In this document: in pieces, positions 50,252-60,877 of the stretch
How the letters are laid out: each line of letters opens with the position of its first letter
Numbering within the stretch: the first letter of the stretch is position 1
NCBI GenBank assembly: GCA_032718475.1
Contig: JAUCBJ010007597.1
Location: forward strand, 62,001 to 126,000
From: Nemertoderma westbladi
Taxonomy: Eukaryota; Animalia; Xenacoelomorpha
Reading direction: 5' to 3'
Length of the DNA stretch: 64,000 nt
The notes under the pieces: model-generated
The model's database searches: none
Seen by the model: the letters and a program-made list of their open reading frames with translations, nothing else
Told to the model about the DNA's origin: nothing
Translations under genes and position numbers: made by a program

Positions 50252-52033
50252 TTATAAGTGATGTGATATATTAATAGCACCATTACTAGTATCACCTGTT
50301 AAATCAATTAAATCCTCCAAATCAATTAAATTATTTTGCACGCCTAAATTAGAAACGGAATTATTTTGTTCGTTCGAAATAAGATTATTTGAATTATTTT
50401 GCGTATTTGTATTATTTGAATTATTTTGTAAATTTAGATTTAGATTATTTGAATTAGGACTATTCGGATTATTTGTATTTAATTTTAAATTACTACTACT
50501 AGGTAAAATATTTCCTGCAATGAAAGTTTCGTTAGAATTATCCAATACGGTACTATTAATATTAACGTTATCTACTGTATTATTATTACCCCCCCCCCCC
50601 CCCCCCCCCCCCCCGCCTGTACGGTCACACCAGTCTTGGGTCTGTCGTGCGGTCCCTGTAAGTGGGGTATTAATAAACGTTTCCACAGCCCTTGGCTCCT
50701 CGTAAATACTCGAGCCAGTCTCGCTCTCTGACAATCCCATCTGCGCTAGTTCCAGTCTGCGCTTTTGTTTGGCATGATACTGAATAAGCCCCCTTAGGCG
50801 GGCATGCAAATCATCCTGCACACGCTTCCCCGTTGCCTCTCTTTCCAGATCCTCCCGCGCACTCTGGTCGGCTAATTCTGCCTCTCTCGCAACTCTCTCC
50901 AATCGTCTCTCCTCACGCTCTTTTCGCTCGCTCTGCTCTCTCACCTCACGCTCCTCACGCCTATTCTGCTCTCTCACCTCGCGCTCTTTTCGCTCACTCT
51001 GGTCTCTCGCCTCACGCTCTTCACGTCTATCCTGCTCTCTCGCCTTTCGCCCTTCTTGCTCCTTCCTTTCTATCCTCCCTATTTCCTCGCACTCCTTAAA
51101 GCTTCTCGCGACCTTCTCGGCCCTCTCTCTGTTCACTCTAACCAGTTCTTTCTCCTTCTCTAATAACGCACTCCCTTCCTCTAACTGTCTCTCTAGTTCT
51201 CTCTGGTCTAGCTCCGCCAGATCAAGCTGGTACGCTAGATCTATTTCCCTCACCCGTCTTTCTTTTGCGGAGGATGTAGCAGACTTATTGGTCGCGACGG
51301 ACTCCCGTTGCCTTCCCGTCCTACTAACTTTCCCCCGCCTCCCGGAATTTTCTCCGACCGACGAGACCGAATCCTCGGGGTTAACCTCGGATTCGCTCTC
51401 CTGCGGTTTCCTCCAACCCACTAATTTTACTCCCCGGGCATCGACTAAGTATGGCCCTACGTACACTACACTAGGTTCCATACCCCTACATTCCCATAGT
51501 TCGAACAGTTCGCTGGCAACCCCTCTCGCTCTCTCATCGGCTAGTTCTCCCTGCCCAAAACGCATTAGGTAATCAAAATGTCTGTTCGACTCACCTAGCC
51601 GCTTCTTCAACTTCACCTCGTCTATCTTTGCCCCTCCTTTGGCCTCTCTCAGCTGCTTCCGGGTCGCGGCGTAGGCTCGTCGGAGCCGGTCGCTGACCCT
51701 GACGTCCTGGTCGCCGACATCTCCCTTATCCCTCCGGGTCCGGCGTCGTACCGGCGGCCCCACCGTCGCCGTTCCGGTGGGCCGTCCGTCGCCCTCGGCC
51801 TGTGGCTGGCTGGCGACATCGGCACGTCGACCGCCGCTGTGTGTCGACTCGTCTCTCTCCTCTCCCGACTCGTCCTCTCGTTGTAGACGGCCACCCTCCT
51901 CTTGGATTGCCGGATCGCGTGTGGCCGACGAACCCGGCGTCGTGGGTCGGTACCGTTGCGTCGCGGCCTCGCGGATCTTTAGGTCTTTATCATCGTCCGG
52001 GGTCCACGGTGGTGTCGTTTCTCTTTCACTCAT
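50252..52033 (-). pseudogene. gag: BEL/Pao-like gag of copy 2, open for 593 aa, 3'-truncated
   Basis: Homologous to 4771-6230 (ELWECRGM.PSVVY.GPYLVDARGVKLVGW, EDSVSSVG) without the frameshifts; similarity ends near 50260. Confidence 0.8.
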
Positions 52034-52076
52034 CTTTGTCTGGCTGACTTGTCAGTTCTAGCAGGCAACAATCGGA

Positions 52077-52085
52077 TCTTATTAC
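52077..52085 (-). promoter_or_regulatory. Non-tRNA primer-binding site GTAATAAGA (complement inside the LTR at 52303-52311)
   Basis: Abuts the LTR end; perfect 9-bp inverted match. Confidence 0.75.
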
Positions 52086-52667
52086 TGTGACGGGATCCAC
52101 CGAGGATCCTGGTTTATCCGGTTATCTGACTTACCCGTACCCCGCCGTATGTGTATGAAAAGAGTTCTAGATTGTTGAGAGTTATTCCGACTTTGTTGTA
52201 AGATGATATATATAAAATGTAGAATTAACAAGTGAAGTATAAGCACGATTGTAGAATATAATTGTACCGGTAAAGCTGAATTATGGATGACGGCAGTGGA
52301 CGGTAATAAGAGTTCCCGTTCTACCCTAACTAAAACTGACTGACTAAGTGAATGAAATTGGCACAAGAACCGGTAATATATTGCACTGGTTGGCCGTGTT
52401 ACATTACTCAGCCGATGCCTTCCCCCCATTGGCTATTAACTCACTTCTCACCCTCCCATTTCCCTGGGAGTGCTTCCCCCCCGCTGCTGTCTCTCTCTCC
52501 CTCCCGGAGGTGTAACCTCTGACCTCCTTTGTGTGTGGGTCCTTTGGGGTTTGTCGCCCCATTTTATTGGGGTGACACGAGGTTGATTGGTGATCAACCT
52601 CGTGCTTCCAATATTGCTTAAAACCAACTTTGTGTGGGCCTGGTTAGCGGAATTGAATACGCTAACA
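52086..52667 (-). repeat. Complete 5' LTR of copy 2, 582 bp
   Basis: TGTTA...TCACA on the minus strand, colinear with 10300-10865. Confidence 0.9.
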
Positions 52668-55560
52668 ATAGCCATTGTACAGTTGTATGTTAGCCTGATA
52701 GTAGGTATGTACCGGTACTGTATTGTAGCTGAATAGCATTGCCTGAATAATCTGAATACAGTACAACTTGATAGGCTGTGTTGTATTTGTATGTATATAC
52801 AGATATATGGTACCAAGCTCCGTTTGACTATTGTGTATTGATTTATAGAGTCATTTATTATTTCGCAGCATTACTGCATTATGACTGATAAGGATGGAAG
52901 AAAAGAATGCCCTAAAAGGCAAAGGGAACCTTATGTTCCTTTTGGATTTGGTAAGGGGAATTCAGCAGTCGAAGAAGAGAGTGAGTTGATGAGCGATGAG
53001 ATGAGTAGTGAGTCTGAGGGAGAGGTGGCACAGGATAGTGAACAAGAACATTTCAGTGACAGTGATAGGCCTAGTGATGGAGATGGCGACGAAAGTGTAA
53101 GCCTACCGGTACCAAACGATGAAGTACCAGTAGACAAAGATTCTTCTGGTCCTGGTACTAGTACCGGTAGTCTTGGTGGGCCTTTTGATATAACGAACTG
53201 TGGTGAGGGTGATGATGTTTATCTCTCTCGGCACAAAAATAAACGAAATTCAGAGCGGATAATCTGGTCCAAATCGCCTTCACCAGTAACAAAAACACCG
53301 GATTGTAATATTATACGGGGTACACCAGGGCTCACAAGATATGCCAGAACATCTAGTGTGGACCTCGTAAGTACTTTCATGTTGTTCTTTACTTCGGCAA
53401 TGATGTCTGTCATTGTAAAGTACACGAATATGGAGGCATCTCGTAGAGAATTTCCCAAGTGGACTACATTACATTTGGAAGAACTCCAGGCTTACATAGG
53501 GTTACTCATTCTTGCCGGAGTCTACAGATCAGCTGATGAAGCCATGTCCCAGTTATGGTCTGCAGTTTCAGGTAGGGCCATTTTTCCTACCACAATGTCT
53601 CTAGAGCGCTTTGCTGCAATAAATAGCGTTTTACGTTTTGACGATAAGACGAAACGCCGCCGAGAATGTGACAAGTTTGCAGCTATACGCGATTTGTGGA
53701 CCCTATTTGTAAATACTCTCCCAAAGGCGCTAGTCCCGAGTGATAACCTGTATATCGATGAGCAACTTGTCTCATTTCGTGGTAGGTGTTCTTTCAAACA
53801 ATATATGCCAATGAAACCTGCGAAATATGGAATAAAGTTCGGGGTACTGACTACACCAGTAAGTGTTGGGAATTATATATATAATATCCAACCTTATATA
53901 GGAAGAGAGAGCGATACTCCAGAGGTAGGCCAGGGTAAACGGGTTGTATTGCAGTTATCCGAAGGTTTAAGAGGCCGTAACATTACTATGGACAACTTTT
54001 ATACATCATTTGATCTTGCCAAATCACTGCTAAAACAGAAACAAACCTTAGTTGGAACAATAAGGAAAAACAAACCTGAGCTCCCTGAGGAGTTTGTAGT
54101 TGTGAAAGATCGTGTCCCACTTAGTTCCATTTTTGGCCATACTAAGGATGTAACCATTGTATCTTATTGTCCCAAAAAGGGTAAAACAGTCACCCTTATG
54201 AGCACCATGCATCTAGATGCTTGTGTTAGTAGTAATCGAGTTGATAAGAAACCAGACATTATTCTTGACTATAATAAGTATAAGGGCGGTGTTGATGCCG
54301 TTGATAAATGTTTATCGACATACACGGTGAAAAGAATGACTAAGCGTTGGCCAGTTGTTGTATTTGCGAATATACTCGATATTTCTGCCTACAATTCATT
54401 TTGTGTTTGGTTGGATTTGTTCCCTGAATGGAATGACAAGCAGAAGATGCGGAGGAGACGTTTATTCCTAGAACACCTTGGGCGAGAACTTGTTACACCT
54501 CATATAGAATCCCGAGCAGTTCTTCCCCGGTCTGCACAGCACAAGCCGCCACCCTGGTTAGAGACATTCAAGGGACATCATCATCTCCTTCAACAGACAG
54601 TCAATGTCCAACTGTTTCTGATTCAATCGCAGATTCCAGGAAGTCAAAGAAACGGCGCTGCGAGGAATGTCATCGTGAGGACGACGTGAAATCGTCAATG
54701 AGTTGCTGCAAATGCCATAAATGTATATGTGTGAGGCACGCATATTCAGTTTGTTACAACTGCAAACCATAAGGATTGACTCGTATATTTGCCTACTACA
54801 CTATAGGCCTACAATATATCTATTGTTATTCTGCAAATATAATCTTTCTATCTGTACCTACACTACATTTATTACCGGTATGTATATTGTATATTGGACT
54901 ATTATGTAGGGTAATACATTCCTGGGGCCTATATTTTACTGTATATAATACTTAATATATTGTATTATCCCATGTTTTATTATATTTGTGATTGCTTTGA
55001 ATGTACGGGCCCAGGTCACCCTAAATTCCTTACTACAACTCCAGTTTTATTATATTTCATGTTTCTCTATGTACTGTAAGTTGCATGTATCAGTATTTGC
55101 CTATATATTATCTGAATACTACTATTGTCTTATTGTCTATATAGATATATATATAACACACTGTTTTAGATAAATGATGCAGTTTTTTTGAAAACCTAAA
55201 TTTGCCTGACACCAGACTAAATGATTATACCTGCATGGCACGTGACAAAACTTACAGATGGTCTATCTACTATACAATACAACGAGTTTACCAAGTTTGG
55301 TGCGATTTCGGCAAGCCATTATGGATAAATTGACATTTAAATATTTGACAGACACTCGAACTGACAAACAGACAGACATACACTACTTGGCACTCATGGA
55401 ATAACTAAACATGAACTAAACTGATAACTAAACATGGTTCACACAAGGTAATTACCTAGACTTATCATACATTTGTTATTGAAATTATGGTAAATTAGTG
55501 TTGGGTATTATAGTACCCCAAGCACTGTAGATGTGTATTGAAACGAACAATGCAGGAAGG
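52668..55560 (+). mobile_element. piggyBac element, left end lost at the LTR insertion
   Basis: Right terminus ...GCAGGAAGG followed by TTAA (55561-55564); subterminal imperfect palindrome GGGTATTATAGTACCC. Confidence 0.8.
52881..54689 (+). CDS. piggyBac transposase (PGBD4-like), DDD intact, Cys-rich C-terminal domain out of frame
   Basis: LYIDEQL, QYMPMKPAKYGIK, ITMDNFYTS, VGTIRKNK, YNKYKGGVDAVD; RCEEC...CCKCHKCICVRH...CYNC lies in another frame at ~54655-54770. Confidence 0.93.
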   Translation: MTDKDGRKECPKRQREPYVPFGFGKGNSAVEEESELMSDEMSSESEGEVAQDSEQEHFSDSDRPSDGDGDESVSLPVPNDEVPVDKDSSGPGTSTGSLGGPFDITNCGEGDDVYLSRHKNKRNSERIIWSKSPSPVTKTPDCNIIRGTPGLTRYARTSSVDLVSTFMLFFTSAMMSVIVKYTNMEASRREFPKWTTLHLEELQAYIGLLILAGVYRSADEAMSQLWSAVSGRAIFPTTMSLERFAAINSVLRFDDKTKRRRECDKFAAIRDLWTLFVNTLPKALVPSDNLYIDEQLVSFRGRCSFKQYMPMKPAKYGIKFGVLTTPVSVGNYIYNIQPYIGRESDTPEVGQGKRVVLQLSEGLRGRNITMDNFYTSFDLAKSLLKQKQTLVGTIRKNKPELPEEFVVVKDRVPLSSIFGHTKDVTIVSYCPKKGKTVTLMSTMHLDACVSSNRVDKKPDIILDYNKYKGGVDAVDKCLSTYTVKRMTKRWPVVVFANILDISAYNSFCVWLDLFPEWNDKQKMRRRRLFLEHLGRELVTPHIESRAVLPRSAQHKPPPWLETFKGHHHLLQQTVNVQLFLIQSQIPGSQRNGAARNVIVRTT

Positions 55561-56597
55561 TTAATGGACTTACAGTAGGAAATGTTAAACCTTTTCTTGT
55601 AATGTTTATATTAGTCATTATATTATATATTTATAGATATGTACATTCTATATGTATATTGATATTCTATATTTTATTATATTAGTATAATATAAATTAT
55701 TTGTTATAGAATATTAATGGCATTAGAAAATATGTAAATATAATATCACTACGCGTTTCAATAATTTATTTTTTTAGGTGAACCTACAGTAAAACAAATA
55801 AGTATGCAATGCAGTATGTGGGGCGAGCCACGAAAGTTATCGAGCTTAGCAGAAGGGTACCATCTCAAACTCATGTTGTCTGTCGGTCAGTCTAATCTTT
55901 TGACGCTTATATCTCAGCAATGGATTGGTAATTTTTTTTTGAATTTTTGTATGTGTGTTTAGTAGACAAAATTTTTAGAATGTTTAGATAATTTTGATGT
56001 AGCATAATAAAAAATCAGGGCTGACCACAGTGACCATGCCAAAACACAAGTTATGTGACAACAGTAATTGTATGATAAAACTTTGATAATGTTTTTAATA
56101 TGTACGTTTCAGGGAATGGCTGCTCATAGGCAGATCGTCGATCTGCGCACTCTAACTCAGCGGAGGACGTTGATGGAGGGAAGGTTCCTCGAAACAAGGA
56201 TCATGCACATAGTAACACCGGCGAAGAGATTTAACACTAAAACCACCAAGGAGGGAGGATATTCCAAAAAGCCAAAGTTGGAATATAATACAATGATATA
56301 TTTAATGTAAGTATTTCATTCCATATAATAATTGTTATTGATTTAAATGTATGTAAACTAACAGGATGTCCAACAGACAGTTTTAGGAAATTATGCTTGA
56401 GTCGGATTTCAAAATACTCTTATCGGTAGATTTTTTTAATTAAAAGTAGGACTATGCTTTATTTCCGGGTGTATATACTAAATTATGTTCATTTGTGTGA
56501 GTTCAGTATGTTTTGGTAACAAAATATTTTATATGTTTTCGTTTATGAACAAAATTGTATTTTATACTATATAGCACATTGACTGATTTCCGTTATT

Positions 56598-58961
56598 GGC
56601 TCATTCCATGAAAAGGTCAACCTCCCCACTAATTTCTAAAATTGAGATGTAGCTTTGAATTTATATTTATTTTAGGTCAAAATTTATCGTACTTCATGAA
56701 TTCAGTGCTAAAAATTGTATCAACACAGGTGGTTTATCAAAAATAGTCGAATTACAAATTATGCACCTGCTCTGCACAAAATGTGATTAAAAGTGTGCAA
56801 ATGTTTCGTTTCCTGTAGGCACTTCCTATGACCAATAAATTAACATTTCTGAGCATGTACCAAATCAAAAACAAACCCATTTTCAATTTTTTTTGGTTTC
56901 ATTTAATTTCACCAGTGTTTCATTCCTCTGTAATGAAATCGATAAAGTTAATCATGTGATGTCCCATACTTTACCTAAAATAGTGAAATTTTTAGTTTAT
57001 TCACAGAGATGTAACTCAGCCTAATCACCCAGTGGAATGCAAAGCACGTTTGTGTTGCGTCATCGTATAAAACAATTAGTTTCATCTTCACTCCCTCAGA
57101 AATATCATGACGGCCAATTGAAAATTGTCCCATACTTTACCATCAAAATGGCGATTATATTAGTGCACTGTATTAATGTAATATGTGAAGCCATGAGTGT
57201 TATAATACTCTAAGGTCATAGTCGGCCGTAAGAATAGGAGTCTATATTTGAACTGAGAATCATTCCTCAGTCAAGAAATCCTTGGGTTTATGCATGTAAA
57301 GTCCCATACTTTACCAAAAAATAGTGAAATTTTTAATTATACACAGAGAAGTAGTCTAACTCAGCCCAATCACCCAGTGGAATGCAAAGCACGTTTGTGT
57401 TGCGTCATCGTATAAAACAATTAGTTTCATCTTCACTCCCTCAGAAATATCATGACGGCCAATTGAAAATTGTCCCATACTTTACCATCAAAATGGCGAT
57501 TATATTAGTGCACTGTATTAATGTAATATGTGAAGCCATGAGTGTTATAATACTCTAAGGTCATAGTCGGCCGTAAGAATAGGAGTCTATATTTTAACTG
57601 AGAATCATTCCTCAGTCAAGAAATCTTTGGGTTTATGCATGTAAAGTCCCATTCTTTACCAAAAAATAGTCAAATTTTTAATTTATACACAGAGAAGTAG
57701 TCTAACTCAGCCCAATCACCCAGTGGAATGCAAAGCACGTTTGTGTTGCGTCATATTAAGAAACAATTACCTGTAGTTTCATAATCTACTCCCTCAGAAA
57801 CATCATGACGGCCAATTGAAAATTGTCCCATACTTTACCATTATAATGGCGATTACATTTTAGTGCACTGTATTAATGTAATATATGAAACCTGGAGGGC
57901 AGGAGTGTTATAATGCTTTAGGGTGATAGTAGGGGAAGCATAGAAGTATGTATTTGAACTAAGAATCATTCCTCAGTTAACTAATCTTTGAGTTTATGCA
58001 TGTAAAGTCCCGTACTTTACAACAAATTTCAAAAAATTTAGTTTTTTAGCAGATAAGAAGATCGGTAAGTACAGTAATTGATACATTTTCAGAAAAATGG
58101 AAAGAATTTCTAAACTTTTTACAGACTACATGTGTACCAAGTTTGGTTATACAGTATTTCATCAATGATTGGCAGACTCATTTCGGTTTTTATCAAAATT
58201 TTGAAACTATCGGTGCCTACAGACAGACTGTCTGATATGTGACCTTTGATTCCTTAAACTTCAGATTCTTTCCAAACTTTTGACAGACTTCATACGTACC
58301 AGGTTTGGTTTAATTTCATCTAAAACTGACCGAGTTATACAGTATTAGCGATCACAAATTAGACAGATGACATACAACTCCTAAGGGCACCCATATGCTA
58401 AGACTTCGGGTCAATTTGTGGGCCGCCCCACATTTTGTATCCATATCTTGGTTGGAAATACTTAGTTGCACTTTATTATCACTAATTATCCAGAAATTAC
58501 TGTTAGGTTAAGTGTAAGAGACCATTTTGACCATAAAATTCGTACAGGTCCCGTACTTTACCTAGCAATGTCCCATACTTTACCACACAAACCACACTGT
58601 AAAAAATTAGCAATGCAGCAATTCGTCTTATATTTATATTTCTATTTATGCTTAATAATACAGCTTTATCCTAAACATCAACTCAACACCGTACCTGCGC
58701 ACAATTCGCTAAATTTTAGAATTGAAATCATAAAATAAAAAAAACCATTTCGTACGAATCCGTACTTTACCTTAATTGGACAAGCTGGCGTTTTCTCAAA
58801 AGTGACTAAGTCCCGCCATAAGCTTCGCGAAATCAAAGCTGATATTCGAAAGTTCAATCCAAGTACAATTTTGTGCACATATGTGCTGTGGATAACATTG
58901 TACAGGCAATCAAAGTTCAAAATTGTGTACGAATGTCCCGTACTTTACTTTGGAATGAGCC
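56598..58961. mobile_element. Non-autonomous TIR element with 4-bp TSD
   Basis: TIR GGCTCATTCCA / TGGAATGAGCC; TATT on both flanks; ~11 GTCCCRTACTTTAC motifs; three ~345-bp tandem units (56961-58020). Confidence 0.88.
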
Positions 58962-59049
58962 TATTATGTCTTTAATGTTGAACTTTCACTTCAATTAATT
59001 TATATGGTTTTAGGGATTTGTCGACAGCGCAAACGTTCGCTGTAATAAA

Positions 59050-60311
59050 CCATGGGAACGCCGATAGTAATAGATTTTTATCTATGGTATCGGGAAGGTA
59101 GTGGAGATCTGGGAGCCGACCTACCGCGGGAACAAATCCCAGGGAGTCATCCCCTTGGTTGAAGCGAACAGCCCTAGTACTATTGCGATAGCACAAATGG
59201 TGGTATGTCCGCCAAAGGAGATATCTCTTCATTCAGAAGAAGTCTCGGGATTTAACATAAATGTCCCGCATTTACAACTGCAAGGGGTAAGTTCAAGAAC
59301 GAAGTAGTTTAGTTAATTATAGTATTACATTCGGTATATAATCGTTATTTTACCATATGTATTAAGATAAAGGAGGAAAACTGGACGCAATAGAAATTCA
59401 TCCCTCTCCACGGGAAATTGGACGCAAATAACAGATGAATACTCTCAAAAATAAAACTGTTACCTGTTCTATTGAGTTTAGTTTATTGTTTTGGTTAAAA
59501 TAGTGCCACAGTAACCTGCCCCTTTCCCTACACTGAGAACTTATAATTGATGCGGGATATTAATCCAGTTTGTCGATCGGTCATGCCCTATCAAAATTAT
59601 TTAGAAAAACGTGACATGTATAATTTTAATAAATTGATTCTCCAATCCTTTCCTTTCCAGAATCCACTAGTCCCCGTGCGTTCAAGAAAAGCTTTTGGAA
59701 AATTAAATGATTGTCTTCAATTTCCTATTATTAAAACTACATTATATATATTCGGGAGTAATAATTTTAGGACTAAATACCCATTTCTTCAATTAAAATA
59801 TCGAGAATTGAATGATATTTTCATCGGATCGTTCGGATTGACCAACAGTCTCCTGGATAGATCTGCGGAGTGCAGTGCCCATATATTTACTGAGTTTGTC
59901 GATTGCAGACATAGTGAGTCTATGAGGCCCACCACCAACTGGCCTATTATCCTCTGGAAGTTTCCCTTTGGTAATCAAAGACTTCCTTAAATCGCGTAAT
60001 GAACGACCCAGCTGCTTTTGATAATGGTTAATGCAATCTATCTTGGTAACCCGGTTACACGTTTCTACATTATCAGCATTATTGTGATCAATCCAGTGTG
60101 TTTTACCGCTATCAGAAAGATCGAATTTATCTTTATCAGTAGAGTTCATCTTCCCATACTCAGTACATCCGGAACACACACCATATATATTCCACACATC
60201 ATTGTATGTGCTGGAATCACCATCACACACCATTTGGGTAAACTTCAATCCATGGTCAGTGCTCAGTAGTTGATCCTTGGAACGTTGAAATATTTCTTTT
60301 CCAATACTGGA
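59050..60311 (-). pseudogene. Kolobok transposase fragment (catalytic core, degraded C-terminus)
   Basis: KEIFQRS...MVCDGDSSTY...KIDCINHYQKQLGRSL...GGGPHRLT; AVRFNQG further downstream. Confidence 0.8.
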
Positions 60312-60775
60312 TTCTATCACTGTGATGGGATCGGTCAACCCCGATTTATCCTTTTGGGTTTTCTACCTTACGCGTCCCCGCCGTGTATGAAAAGAGTTTG
60401 TTGCAATGAGAGTCCCGATGTTGTTGATAGGCATATGTATAAATAATAAATAGAACATAGACACAGAAGATAGGTGAATGATATACCGGTAATGTATTAC
60501 ATGTGATGGCGGTAGCGGACGGTGATAGAAGTTCCCGCTCCACCCTAACTGCACTGACTAGCTGAACTGAATGAATAACACGGTTACCGGTAATATATAT
60601 ATTGCACGGTTGGCCATGTGGTGTTACTCAGTCGATGCTTCCCCCCTATTGGCTGATAACCTAATTGTCGCCCTTTCACCTCCCTTGGAGTGTTTCCCTT
60701 CGGTGCTGTTATTCCCTCTCTCTCAGGGGTGTAACCCCTGACCCCTATTGTGTGTGTGTTCTCTGGGGTTTTCTG
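60312..60775 (-). mobile_element. LTR copy 3 (U3 end truncated) with post-LTR 9-mer GTGATAGAA
   Basis: Colinear with the other LTRs; ends ...CCCATCACA at 60321; 60312-60320 is complementary to 60522-60530. Confidence 0.85.
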
Positions 60776-60877
60776 GGGTTTATATGGGTACCATTAACGA
60801 GTTGTGGGGGCGAGCTACGATGAAGTAAGGTTATTGTATTTATAATATTACTATTTTAATTTGATTATTTTACTTAA

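Larger units (their letters stand above)
49150..56514. repeat. ~780-bp inverted duplication (49150-49942 vs 55745-56514) bracketing the LTR and piggyBac remnants
   Basis: Mirror ORFs 49355-49582 (-) and 56068-56310 (+); matching ends TTGAAACGCGTAGTGAT / ATCACTACGCGTTTCAA. Confidence 0.9.

Noticed and set aside
60312-60338. N-terminus MTDPITVIE of ORF 59793-60338 as part of the transposase
   Set aside because: These codons come from the LTR end and its 9-mer; the ORF is a chance fusion, probably through GAATCC microhomology.
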